Positions 37,944 to 47,997 of a stretch of 64,000 nucleotides of DNA are shown here, in pieces (positions within the stretch are counted from its first letter, which is position 1; each line of letters starts with the position of its first letter). The stretch is from Dehalococcoidia bacterium (GTDB taxonomy: Bacteria; Chloroflexota; Dehalococcoidia; UBA6926): the NCBI GenBank assembly GCA_963666115.2, contig CAXXET010000004.1:1-64000 (forward strand). Direction: 5' to 3'. Both the position numbers and the translations under genes were made by a program. Under the pieces are notes generated by a model. It had not been told where the DNA came from. It made no database searches and was given only the letters and a program-made list of their open reading frames with translations.

Positions 37944-39194
37944 ATGCAGGACCTACCCTATTTCGCCCGATACGCAGAGGCGCCGCTGATGGAGGCGCTG
38001 GCCGATTCACCGGCGGTTCTGATACATGGACCGCGGCAATCGGGCAAGACTACCCTGGCCCGTGTCATTGGAGACCACCACGGTTACGACTACGTCAGCT
38101 TTGATGACGACATTGCCCGCACAGCCGCCGAGTCGGACCCTTCCGGCTTCATCCGGCGCCTGGGAGAGCGGGCGGTCCTGGATGAGGTGCAGCGCGTTCC
38201 CGGTCTCTTCACGGCGTTGAAACAGGAGATAGACTCGATGCGCGCGCCCGGGCGATTCCTGCTCACGGGTTCGGCACAGGTTCTGCTGGTTCCGAATCTC
38301 TCCGACTCTCTCGCAGGCCGCCTGGAGATTCTGCGACTGCATCCGCTCTCCCAGGGTGAGATCCATGGCGGCATTCCGACTTTTCTCGACGACCTGTTTC
38401 ACGGCGACATACCCACCTCGAACGCCGCCCCGCTTGGCGATGATTTGGCGGAGCGGATTGCAGCCGGCGGTTACCCTGCGGCGCTGGCTCGCTCAACACC
38501 ACGGAGACGAATAAACTGGTACCGTAACTTCATCGACACCCAACTCCAGCGGGACGTGCGCGATATGGCGAGAATCAGGGGGCTTGACGTGATGCCCCGT
38601 TTACTCACGGCGGCAGCATCACAGACCGCCCGGCCATACAACCTCTCAGATTTGTCGACGAACTTCCAGGTGAGCCGCACGACCCTTGGGGAATATGTGA
38701 CGCTCCTTGAGCGGCTCTTCCTGATCGAGCCGCTGTCCTCCTGGCACACAAACCAACTGCATCGCCTCCTGAAAGCGCCGAAGCTCCATATAGGAGACAC
38801 AGGCCTTGGGTGCGCCCTGCTTGGGGTAGGCCCTCACGATCTTGCAGGGAACCGGACCCTTCTGGGTCAACTGGTCGAGTCGTTCGTCCTCCAGGAGCTG
38901 CGGAGACAATCCATCGCGCAAGAGACGCCCCCGGCGTTCTACCACTACCGCGACAGGGACCAGGTGGAAGTCGACATCGTGATTGAGTCGGCGGGGCGGA
39001 GGGTGGCCGGTGTGGAGGTGAAGGCTTCGGCCACCGTAACTCGATCCGACTTTCGCGGGCTTCGGAAGCTCAAGAGGGCTGCGGGAGATCGTTTCGCGGC
39101 CGGGGCAGTGCTCTATGACGGCGCGATAAGCGCCGGATTCGGAGATGACATGTTTGCCGTGCCCATCCGCCATCTGTTGGAGGGAAGTCAGTGA
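37944..39194 (+). CDS. AAA_14 ATPase with DUF4143 and a C-terminal PD-(D/E)XK-like domain
   Basis: GPRQSGKT, LDEVQ, LTGS, GGYP, K.PKL...DTGL and YRDRDQVEVDIV.E...GVEVK. ATG 37944 lies 6 nt after TACAAT (the ORF track starts at 37908). Confidence 0.9.
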   Translation: MQDLPYFARYAEAPLMEALADSPAVLIHGPRQSGKTTLARVIGDHHGYDYVSFDDDIARTAAESDPSGFIRRLGERAVLDEVQRVPGLFTALKQEIDSMRAPGRFLLTGSAQVLLVPNLSDSLAGRLEILRLHPLSQGEIHGGIPTFLDDLFHGDIPTSNAAPLGDDLAERIAAGGYPAALARSTPRRRINWYRNFIDTQLQRDVRDMARIRGLDVMPRLLTAAASQTARPYNLSDLSTNFQVSRTTLGEYVTLLERLFLIEPLSSWHTNQLHRLLKAPKLHIGDTGLGCALLGVGPHDLAGNRTLLGQLVESFVLQELRRQSIAQETPPAFYHYRDRDQVEVDIVIESAGRRVAGVEVKASATVTRSDFRGLRKLKRAAGDRFAAGAVLYDGAISAGFGDDMFAVPIRHLLEGSQ

Positions 39195-42100
39195 ACCTGT
39201 CGCCGACCAGGCTGCGACTCATACGCAGCGTCGGCCTGCTGCTCATGCTGGCAGTGTCGGTCGCAGGTTTCATGCTGCTGATCGACCTCCTGGCCGATAC
39301 CGCGTCAGGAAGTTCCGACGACCTCCTGGCTGAGGCCGATTCGGATGAGGTTCTCATCAGCCTGCCGAGTTCCGCCTCCCTCTTTGCGCTCGGCGTGGCC
39401 GCTGTCGCGCTAATCGTAGCCCTCGGAGTCATTGCCGCGCCCTCAAATTGGAGACGATCCGGGGTCGGCCTGCCGCGCCCAAGTTGGCGTCCGCTTGGAA
39501 TTGCCGCGGCGATCGCGCTGATTGTCGCAGCGGCAGGCCTTTTCCTGGCATTCTCGGATTCCTCGCCCCTGTTCCAACAGCAGGCGGAAACGGCGGCCGG
39601 CGCGGCGGGCCAGGGAGCGGCGGGACACCAGGTGGACACGGAATGGCTCGCCCCAATTGGCGTTGTCATCCTCGCCACCTTCTTCTTCACGGTCATCCTC
39701 ATCGGGTTCCTCAGGCCGCGTCTCATCCTGCCGGTTCTCGCCCTGTGGCTGGCCGCGAGCATGTTCTTTGGATTCTTCGACTCGTCGGCCATTGCAGGCC
39801 TCCGCCTCTTCAACCCCGTCATTACACTGCCGGCGTCGGACGCTTTCGCAGTAGAGGTCGCACGGCATCGAACGACAGACCTCTCACCGGACAGCCAGGA
39901 CGTTGGCAACGTCGCGCCGGGCACCGACGACGGCCCGCAGAGTCCCGGAGATGGAGACACAGCGGGCATGCTTGGCGGGGAATATGGGCAGGACGCGCCC
40001 GGGGAAATAACCGAAGAAGCCGTAATCGCGCGGCTGCGCTATGCGCGGGACCCGGCAGACCGCGCGTCCGCCGCAGATCAACTCCCCGGGTTCGGTTCTG
40101 ACGATGCCCTCCGCGCGCTGGCCCACGCGTGGCTGAACGACCCGTCCCCGGTTGTGCGCGAAAGGGCCATCGATGCCGTCACCGAATGGGACTTTGAGAC
40201 GCTTGTTGAAATACTGCAAGAACACCCTGAACGCGTTGTCCGGCAGGCGGCAGCCGCCGCGCTCGGCAGGTTGAATGACCAGCGCGCGGTCGAGCCTCTC
40301 GCCACTGCCCTGCTCACGGATGAATCGCCCGACGTCCGGCAGGAATCCGCCAAGGCGCTCAGCAGGCTCAGAGGCTCAGACGGTGTCAGCGCGCTCATCC
40401 AGTCGTTGCAGCGCGACGCGGCCGACGATGTTCGGGGCGAGTCGGCGCGGGCGCTTGGCATCCTTGGGGATGAACGGGCGGTTCACGGTTTGTTGGAGGC
40501 GCTGGAGCAGGACCTATCGGGCAGCGTCCGTGAAAATTCGGCGAAGTCCCTGGGGACTCTACGCAGTTCCGGGGCGCTGGCTGAACTCGACGCCGCGCGG
40601 GCGGGGGATCATTCGGCAGACGTGCGGTTCGCCGCAGGGGGCGCGCTGGATCGCTACACGTATACCGAACTCATCGAGGCGCTGGGCTCCGCCGTCGATC
40701 CGGATGACCGCGCGACGGCAGCCAGGATTCTTGGGGAGCGACGCATCCGCCCCGCCATCCCCACGCTCATGGAGGCGCTCTTCGATGGCTCGCCGGTTGT
40801 GCGTGAGGCGGCATTGGACGCGCTCGATCAATTCGGAAGCCTGCACCAACTGGAAAACGGCGGCGTTCTCCTGTCCCATCAGGGCGGCGTGACGCTCAAT
40901 CGCGGAACGATAACGTCGCAGCAGGCTGACGGGCAGCCGCAGTTCCCTCTCTTTGTGGTTGAGGGCGCCGCCAATACTGATTTTCTGCGAATGGCGGTCG
41001 GCGACAGGTACGCGGGCCAGCGTTGGTATCTGAGTTCCGAAACGATAGAGCCGTATAGGATCGGCACGACGGTCTCTCACCAATACGCTCCAATCCATCA
41101 ACTGGATTCTATGCCGCGTGATGATGTGACCGTTCGCCAACTGCCAAATGACGATGACGATGTCGCTGATTTCGTTGGTTTCGTGCCAGCCGGTTACGCC
41201 CTCGAAACGGTAAGCGTGAACGCCTCGTATTTCGCGGAGAGCGCAACGTTGTGGCTTGGCAGAACGCCTATTGAATACTCGTTTACTATCAGGGTTCCCC
41301 GCTTTGATGCTGCCACCCTCCAAGCCGCCACGCCTGCGGAGTACGCGGAGGTCACTCTTCCTGACAGCGTGCCGGATCGCGTGCGCCAGCTTGCGAAAGA
41401 CATTACGGCGGGGTATTCCGGGGCCTATGCCAAGGCCAAGGCGATTGAGCAGTATCTGCGCCATAACTACACATACAAGTTCGCGGATTCATCCACGCCG
41501 CCCATTCCGGCCGGCAGTGATCCGGTGGACTGGTTCCTGTTTGAGAGCGGCGAGGGCACGTGCGGCAACTTCAGCAGCGCCTTCGTCGTCCTCGCGCAGT
41601 CCATCGGCCTACCGGCGCGGGTCGTCTCCGGCTACTCGATCACGCCGACGGAGCAGGAGCAGATCGTCTTTGCGGACCAGGCGCACCAGCGGGCGGAGAT
41701 CGCATTCGAGGGACTCGGGTGGGTCCCGTTCGAGCCGACCGCTCCGGACGGGAGCGCGCCGGACAGGGCTCAAGGGTACTTCGAATCCGGCGCTGCGTCG
41801 GTTCAGGGGGAGCAGGACGAATTACAGGAACTCGCCGCGCAACTCTCCAGCCAGGACGCCGACGCCGCACAAGCTGCCCGTGCAGAGCTGGAGGCCCGTG
41901 GCGCCGACGTTATTCCGCTTGAGAACGGTGGCAGCGTCGTAAAGAGGGGCGACCACACTATCGCGACCCCTCCGAGAACAACAACTCAACATGCGCCCAG
42001 TCCGCCGGCCGTTGGCGTCTTTACGGTGACAGGGGCAAAGCGGACTGAATACTTATTGACGGCAACGGGCGATGTCTATGAGAACGGGCAGTGGCAGCAG

Positions 42101-45100
42101 CTCGATCCCGTCTTGCTCGACTACTCACCGCGGGATACGATTCCTGAGCGCGTGCTCAGCGCCATCAAACGCGGCGGGGAGCCGTGGGATGCTTTCCCCA
42201 AGGCGCGGGTTGATTCCTACCTGCTGGCCCCCGACTATGAAGACTATGACGCGGCCAATATGGAACGCGTGCGGATAGCTCCGCTGACCCCGCAGGGCAG
42301 AATCCCGGCAGGTGTTATCCCGGTATCCCGCCACTTGAGCGTCATGGAGCGGGACGGCGTCTACAGCCCGTTTAGCGGCGTCTTCACGATGTCCGAGGCG
42401 GCGCTTGGCTACCAATGGTGGTCCGTCGTTCCGCGATTGCCCCGGGAAACGCTGCGGTACGCAGAGGTGATTGACGACCCAACATACACCGAGTTGCCGT
42501 TCGGCGTGCCGTACAGGATTCGCGAGTTGGCAATGGAGATTACCGCCGGGTGGGTTACTCCCTACGAAAAGGCAAAGGCGATCGAGAATCACCTGCGCCG
42601 CCAGTACTCATATCAATTCGCCGACGATTCAACCGCGCCGCCGCGCCCCGCGGACCATGACCCCGTCGACTGGTTCCTCTTTGAAAGCCGGGAGGGAACG
42701 TCCGGCCAGTTCAGCAGCGCTTTCGTCGTCCTTGCCCGCTCGATCGGGCTTCCGGCGAGAGTGGCATCGGGATGGGTTATAAATCCGAGCAAGCAATCCC
42801 AGGTCGTCCAAACGAACCAGGCGCACCAGTGGGCGGAGGTGGCTTTCGAACGTATCGGCTGGGTCGCATTCGAGCCAACTGCAGAGGGCAATGCGAGGAC
42901 GCGAGTCGGACTACCGGCGCCCTCCGGCAACGGCCCATCCGGCACCGGCTCGGCGGACATCGGCTCCTCAGGAAACGGTGGTTCGGGCGGCGGCTCATCA
43001 GGCGGCGGCGGATCGGGCAACTCCGGCGGCGGGAGCGGAGCGCAAGCAGAACCGGGGCCGCGCATCTACGCCACCGTCACAGACATCACGGACTGGCCCC
43101 CAGTAGTCGTGCGGGGCGAGCCGTTCACTATTGGCGGCACGGTCGAGACGCAGGGCGGCAGACCCGTCAGTGGCATGCAAGTCGAGATATTCGTCAATGA
43201 GATCAAGGCCAACGGCGGCCTCCGCGTCGGTTCAGGCACTGTGACGAATGGCCGCTACACCATAGAGGTGGAGATTCCCTCGCCCATCGAGCGGGGCAAA
43301 TACCAGCTGATCGCTCATGCCATCGGCCATGCCATCGGCGCTGAAACGTACCTTGAATCATGGAGCGATCCCGATATTGCCGTCTTTGCAAAGAGCGGCC
43401 TTGTGCTGTCCGGCCCGCAAGAGGTCGATGTTGGAACCGAGGCGGTTTTCCGTGGGCGTGTGACGGAGGACAACGGCGACGCTGTTGCGGGCCTCCCCGT
43501 CTCGATCGTCATTGACGGCCGTCGCTTGCCCCGGGAGACAACGGACTCGGACGGGAGTTTCAGCTTCACAAACACGTTCCTCTCACCCGGCAGACACTGG
43601 GCGGAAGCGCGCTTCTCGGACACCGACTTCCTGCGCGGCAACTCGGTTCGCCTTAACCTGGACGTCGTCATGCCCACTACCCTTACGCTGGACGTCCCCG
43701 CCCAAACGCGCGTCGATGAGCCGTTCACCATCACCGGCAAGCTGCTTGACATACGCGAGAGTCCATTGCCTGGCCACGAGGTGGTTCTCAGGGTCGGCGA
43801 CAACGAGGAGATTGAGGTTTTCGCCGGCGTTGACGGCACGTTCAGCCATGAAGTCACCCTGCCCGCTGCCGGACAGTTCGCGGTGACCGCCGACTATGGA
43901 GGAGAGCATCCAATTCTGCCGGCCACGGCAGCGGCAAGTGTCATTGCCAGGGACGTAACGGTAGTGTCCTTCGAGGGGCCGCGTGAAATCCTGAGCGGGG
44001 AATCAGCGACGTTCGCCGGCACGGTCACGTCTCCGACGGCATCGGAGGATGCTGCGGTCAGCGTTGAAATTGTGGACGGCGCGGGCGATGTCCTACAGAC
44101 AGTGGACACGACTATCGGCGGCGCTCTCTCGTTTGAGACCGGCGCCCTGACGGAAACCGGCCCGCATACTTTGACCGCCCGCGTGTCGGAGCAGGGATTC
44201 CTCACGTCCGGCGCGGCCACCGTCGCCTACTCCGTCGTCCATCCCACCATGATCACAGTTGACGGCCCGCCTATCGCCATGGTCGGTCAGCATATTGAAT
44301 TTGTGGGGACGCTCACGCAAGCCGACGGGCAGCCCGTTCCCAACGCCTCCGTCCTGCTGGGAGGCGATCCGGTCATCACTGCGGAGGACGGCACGTTCAG
44401 CCGCGTCATCACCATGCCGGAGAGCCTTGGCGAAGCCGCCATAGAAGATCGTATCGGCATCGCCTACGAGTTCGAGGGAACGGACCGCCTGGCGTCGGCC
44501 TCCGGCAGCCGCTCCATCATCGTGGGCGTGCCGCGCCTCACCACTGAACTCGTGTCCCCGGTCGCCCGCGGGGCTGTCGCAGAGGTACGCGGCGCGGCCT
44601 TTACCGGAACCCGCCCGCTGCCCAACGCGGCTGTCACGCTGACCGGCGGCCATGCCGGTGCAACAGGTTCATCGGGGCAGTTCCTCTTTGAGTACCAGGT
44701 TGGGTCGAGCACGCCGATCGGGCCACTGCGGCTGACCGCAGAGCTTGACCAATTCGATATTCAAGCGACTGTTGAGCTGGACATCCGGTCATCGACGCAC
44801 GTGGTGGCCGTGCCGCTGGAAGACGTGCGGCCCGGGCGCGTGGTGGAGGCGCAGGTCGCTCTCTACGACGACACCGGCGCGGGCATCCCCGGCGCGCGCC
44901 TGCAAACCAGCACGGGCCTGAGCCTCGTCACAGATGAGTTTGGCCAGGCCCTGTTTGAACTGACCGTGCCTGAGAACGAGGCGCTCCTCACCATCCCAAT
45001 CACGTTCACCTACAACGGCGACACTCGCCACATGCCGCTCAACTACTTCCTTGGAATCCCTGTCACGCAGCCCTCCTTCAATTGGCTGCTGTGGGTCGTC

Positions 45101-45829
45101 CTGCCCGCGTTCCTGCTCATCGTTGGAGCGGGCGGGTTCGGCGCGTACCGCCTCCGCGCCGCCGGCGTTCCGCTCGATGTTCGACGGCTGACGGGCTCCG
45201 GCGCTCTGGCAGCGGTTGAGCCTGCCCCGCCGCCCGTCGATGACGACGGCGAACCTTTGCCCGCGCCCCTCGAAACGTCCCTGGAGTTGACGCTTGGCGG
45301 GCCCGGCGCGGACACCGGCAATGTGTACGGCCTCAGTGAGGAAGTCATCATCTCCGGCAGGCTCATGTCCGGGGACGGCTCGCCCGTGCAGAATCAAGCT
45401 ATCGAGCTGCGCGAGCCTCTGGGCGACGTTGCAATGATTGACACGGACGAATCGGGAGAGTTCCGGCTCGTGCTGCGCGCCGATGAACGCGGCGAGTTCT
45501 CAGTGGCCGCCCAGTTCGCAGGCGACGAATCCCATTTGGAATCGGCGGCGTCCGCCTCATACCGCATCGTGGATTTCCGCGAGGAGATGGTGCGGCTGTT
45601 CGGCGATTTCATGGAGTGGGCGGCGCATCTCGACGTCGGAATCGCGGGGCAGTCGCCCCGGGAAACCGAGTCGATCCTCGTTGCCGCCGGCGTGCCCGTT
45701 GATCAGCGGGCGCTGGATGAGTTTGTCACCCGCTTTGAGGAAGCCGACTACAGCGAGCATGAGATAGCCCGCAGGCACTACGAGGCCATGTACCGCGCGT
45801 GGCGGACGGTCACCGGAGAACGGGCATGA
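39191..45829 (+). CDS. 2212-aa membrane protein: multi-TM N-terminus, HEAT repeats, two transglutaminase-like domains, Ig-like repeats, TM, DUF4129-like tail
   Basis: HEAT units (VR..AA.ALG.L.D.RAV..L), DPVDWFLFE..EGT(C/S)..FSSAFVVLA.SIGLPARV..G twice, AH..AE..F..GWV.FEPT twice, a G/S linker, and C-terminal SPRE...FEEADYS.H. Confidence 0.88.
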   Translation: MNLSPTRLRLIRSVGLLLMLAVSVAGFMLLIDLLADTASGSSDDLLAEADSDEVLISLPSSASLFALGVAAVALIVALGVIAAPSNWRRSGVGLPRPSWRPLGIAAAIALIVAAAGLFLAFSDSSPLFQQQAETAAGAAGQGAAGHQVDTEWLAPIGVVILATFFFTVILIGFLRPRLILPVLALWLAASMFFGFFDSSAIAGLRLFNPVITLPASDAFAVEVARHRTTDLSPDSQDVGNVAPGTDDGPQSPGDGDTAGMLGGEYGQDAPGEITEEAVIARLRYARDPADRASAADQLPGFGSDDALRALAHAWLNDPSPVVRERAIDAVTEWDFETLVEILQEHPERVVRQAAAAALGRLNDQRAVEPLATALLTDESPDVRQESAKALSRLRGSDGVSALIQSLQRDAADDVRGESARALGILGDERAVHGLLEALEQDLSGSVRENSAKSLGTLRSSGALAELDAARAGDHSADVRFAAGGALDRYTYTELIEALGSAVDPDDRATAARILGERRIRPAIPTLMEALFDGSPVVREAALDALDQFGSLHQLENGGVLLSHQGGVTLNRGTITSQQADGQPQFPLFVVEGAANTDFLRMAVGDRYAGQRWYLSSETIEPYRIGTTVSHQYAPIHQLDSMPRDDVTVRQLPNDDDDVADFVGFVPAGYALETVSVNASYFAESATLWLGRTPIEYSFTIRVPRFDAATLQAATPAEYAEVTLPDSVPDRVRQLAKDITAGYSGAYAKAKAIEQYLRHNYTYKFADSSTPPIPAGSDPVDWFLFESGEGTCGNFSSAFVVLAQSIGLPARVVSGYSITPTEQEQIVFADQAHQRAEIAFEGLGWVPFEPTAPDGSAPDRAQGYFESGAASVQGEQDELQELAAQLSSQDADAAQAARAELEARGADVIPLENGGSVVKRGDHTIATPPRTTTQHAPSPPAVGVFTVTGAKRTEYLLTATGDVYENGQWQQLDPVLLDYSPRDTIPERVLSAIKRGGEPWDAFPKARVDSYLLAPDYEDYDAANMERVRIAPLTPQGRIPAGVIPVSRHLSVMERDGVYSPFSGVFTMSEAALGYQWWSVVPRLPRETLRYAEVIDDPTYTELPFGVPYRIRELAMEITAGWVTPYEKAKAIENHLRRQYSYQFADDSTAPPRPADHDPVDWFLFESREGTSGQFSSAFVVLARSIGLPARVASGWVINPSKQSQVVQTNQAHQWAEVAFERIGWVAFEPTAEGNARTRVGLPAPSGNGPSGTGSADIGSSGNGGSGGGSSGGGGSGNSGGGSGAQAEPGPRIYATVTDITDWPPVVVRGEPFTIGGTVETQGGRPVSGMQVEIFVNEIKANGGLRVGSGTVTNGRYTIEVEIPSPIERGKYQLIAHAIGHAIGAETYLESWSDPDIAVFAKSGLVLSGPQEVDVGTEAVFRGRVTEDNGDAVAGLPVSIVIDGRRLPRETTDSDGSFSFTNTFLSPGRHWAEARFSDTDFLRGNSVRLNLDVVMPTTLTLDVPAQTRVDEPFTITGKLLDIRESPLPGHEVVLRVGDNEEIEVFAGVDGTFSHEVTLPAAGQFAVTADYGGEHPILPATAAASVIARDVTVVSFEGPREILSGESATFAGTVTSPTASEDAAVSVEIVDGAGDVLQTVDTTIGGALSFETGALTETGPHTLTARVSEQGFLTSGAATVAYSVVHPTMITVDGPPIAMVGQHIEFVGTLTQADGQPVPNASVLLGGDPVITAEDGTFSRVITMPESLGEAAIEDRIGIAYEFEGTDRLASASGSRSIIVGVPRLTTELVSPVARGAVAEVRGAAFTGTRPLPNAAVTLTGGHAGATGSSGQFLFEYQVGSSTPIGPLRLTAELDQFDIQATVELDIRSSTHVVAVPLEDVRPGRVVEAQVALYDDTGAGIPGARLQTSTGLSLVTDEFGQALFELTVPENEALLTIPITFTYNGDTRHMPLNYFLGIPVTQPSFNWLLWVVLPAFLLIVGAGGFGAYRLRAAGVPLDVRRLTGSGALAAVEPAPPPVDDDGEPLPAPLETSLELTLGGPGADTGNVYGLSEEVIISGRLMSGDGSPVQNQAIELREPLGDVAMIDTDESGEFRLVLRADERGEFSVAAQFAGDESHLESAASASYRIVDFREEMVRLFGDFMEWAAHLDVGIAGQSPRETESILVAAGVPVDQRALDEFVTRFEEADYSEHEIARRHYEAMYRAWRTVTGERA

Positions 45830-46989
45830 CAGGCGCAATTGTGCGGCTGAATATCGCCTTTGTGATGTTCGTTGGCGTCTTTGCGGGCAGCCGCGTCCTC
45901 GCCTCCACCTATGAGTATCCGACATCCGGCGTGATGCTCGCCTCATTCGCGGCAATTGCCCTGGTCTTCGCCGCGTGGGCCATCCGCCGAACGCTGCGGC
46001 TGGACTATCAATGGCGATTCAGGCGCATCATGGACGCCATGCTGGCGCCCGCCGCCGCGCTGCTGACCGCGTTCGGGCTGACTCTGCCGCTCCTTGCCCT
46101 GCTCAACGACATGCCCGTCATCAATGCCCTGCTGTTGGACTATGTGGAGACGGCGCGCATCGGGCGGCTCTATCAGCCCTATTTCGCCAGCGTCTACGAA
46201 ATTCGCTACCTGATCGCCGTTCTGTTCTTCGTCATCGTGCTTGCCCTGGCGCTGCCGCAGGCCGTCTGGAGGATGCCGACGTGGCAGGCGCGCCCGCTGT
46301 ACGTGTCTGTCGGATTTGCCGCAGCCGGATGCCTCTCGTGGCTGCTTGGGCTTGGCATGGCAGACCTTGGCTACGGGTACGCCCTCGGAGGCTCGGTTGC
46401 CGGGGCGGGCTTCTTCTCCGTCGCCGTCGTCCAGATGGGCATCCAGTTCACGCAGGACTCGGACTCCGTCCTGGCCGACGCCGTTCGCTGGATGGCGGTG
46501 TCCAAGACGCGCTCATTCATGCCCGGCGCAGCTATCGCGGTTTACCTGCTGCTCCTGCGCCCGGTCATGTACGACACGCTTGCCCTGGCCCCCGTCGTGG
46601 AGTGGCTGGCCGTCCTCGCCACTGTCGCGGGCGCGGTCCTCCGGATGCGGAGCCGCCTGCAGACGGAGATCAACGTCGTCCACGCAGGCTCAGAGCCGGA
46701 AATCGAGTGGAGCAGGCATGAGCAGGTTCTTGAGACGCGGCCGGACCCACGCGCCGCCGCTGCGTGGAACGCGCGGCAGGCGTGGATTGAATCCGGCGAC
46801 CCTGATGAAATCCGGGCGTACCTGGACGGCTTGCTGACCAGGGAGGGCGCAACCACGTACATGATCGAGGACGTCGTGTCGCCGCTTTATGACAGGTCTG
46901 TGCGCAGAAGCCGCCGCAATCGCAGCCTCGCGCTTGATGAGTCGTATCGTTTGGCCAACGATGTCATGGCGCGATTGACTCTGTATTGA
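45826..46989 (+). CDS. Hypothetical multi-pass membrane protein
   Basis: ATGA overlap with the upstream gene; about 8 hydrophobic segments and a soluble C-terminus. Confidence 0.75.
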   Translation: MTGAIVRLNIAFVMFVGVFAGSRVLASTYEYPTSGVMLASFAAIALVFAAWAIRRTLRLDYQWRFRRIMDAMLAPAAALLTAFGLTLPLLALLNDMPVINALLLDYVETARIGRLYQPYFASVYEIRYLIAVLFFVIVLALALPQAVWRMPTWQARPLYVSVGFAAAGCLSWLLGLGMADLGYGYALGGSVAGAGFFSVAVVQMGIQFTQDSDSVLADAVRWMAVSKTRSFMPGAAIAVYLLLLRPVMYDTLALAPVVEWLAVLATVAGAVLRMRSRLQTEINVVHAGSEPEIEWSRHEQVLETRPDPRAAAAWNARQAWIESGDPDEIRAYLDGLLTREGATTYMIEDVVSPLYDRSVRRSRRNRSLALDESYRLANDVMARLTLY

Positions 46990-47004
46990 TTCTATAATGG
47001 TAAC

Positions 47005-47997
47005 GTGAACGAGAACGAGTTGGAGCGAGTCCGCCAAACGTGCGATGCCATCATCGACCGTGTTGGCGAGGTATTTGTCGGCAACCGGCTGCTCCTCCGC
47101 AAGCTGCTGGCGGCGGCCCTCGCAAACGGCCACGTCCTGTTTGAGGACTACCCCGGGCTCGGCAAGACCCTGCTCGCCAAGGTCTTTTCCCGCGCCATCG
47201 GCAGTGAGACGAAGCGCGTGCAGTTCACGCCGGACTTGCTGCCGTCAGACATCCTTGGCGTCAACGTATGGCGCCAGAGGGAAGGCGTCTTTGAACTCAT
47301 CAGGGGCCCCGTGTTTACCAACGTCCTGCTTGCCGATGAAATCAATCGCGCGCCCCCAAAGACGCAGGCCGCCCTGCTGGAAGCCATGGAGGAGCGGCAG
47401 GTCACCATCGACGGCGAGACGCTGAGCCTCGGCAGCCCCTTCATCGTCATCGCCACGCAGAACCCCATCGAGCAGGAGGGCACGTACCCCCTGCCGGAGG
47501 CGCAGCTTGACCGCTTTCTCTTCAAACTCGGCACCGGCTACCCCGCGAACGAGGAACTGGAAAGCGATATCCTCAACCGCCGCATCGCGTGGCAAAAGGA
47601 CGATCCCACCGCCGACCTGGAACCGGCGATCAGCGTCGAGGGATTCCTCGATCTCCAGCGTCTCGTCGAAACCTCCGTGTATATCGACACGGTCATCGTC
47701 GATTACATCACCCAGCTCGTCAGGTTGACCAGGGAGCACCCGCGCGTCGCCGTTGGCGTCAGCCCGCGCGGCTCCCTTGCCCTCCTGCGCGTTTCGCGCA
47801 GCATCGCCCTCATCCACGGACGCGATTTCGTCGTGCCCGATGACGTCAAGATGGTCGTGGCCGACGTGCTGGCGCACCGCGTGATTCTCAACATCGAGGA
47901 CACGCTGGAGGGCGTGCGCCCCGAATCGATCATCGACGAGATTCTTGAACTCGTGCCGGTGCCGACGGAGCTGGGAGAGCGGCCCGCGCAGCCATGA
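47005..47997 (+). CDS. moxR: MoxR family AAA+ ATPase
   Basis: EDYPGLGKT, VQFTPDLLPSDI, LADEINRAPPKTQAALLEAM.E and ATQNPIEQEGTYPLPEAQLDRF. TATAAT lies 6 nt before the GTG start. Confidence 0.95.
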   Translation: MNENELERVRQTCDAIIDRVGEVFVGNRLLLRKLLAAALANGHVLFEDYPGLGKTLLAKVFSRAIGSETKRVQFTPDLLPSDILGVNVWRQREGVFELIRGPVFTNVLLADEINRAPPKTQAALLEAMEERQVTIDGETLSLGSPFIVIATQNPIEQEGTYPLPEAQLDRFLFKLGTGYPANEELESDILNRRIAWQKDDPTADLEPAISVEGFLDLQRLVETSVYIDTVIVDYITQLVRLTREHPRVAVGVSPRGSLALLRVSRSIALIHGRDFVVPDDVKMVVADVLAHRVILNIEDTLEGVRPESIIDEILELVPVPTELGERPAQP

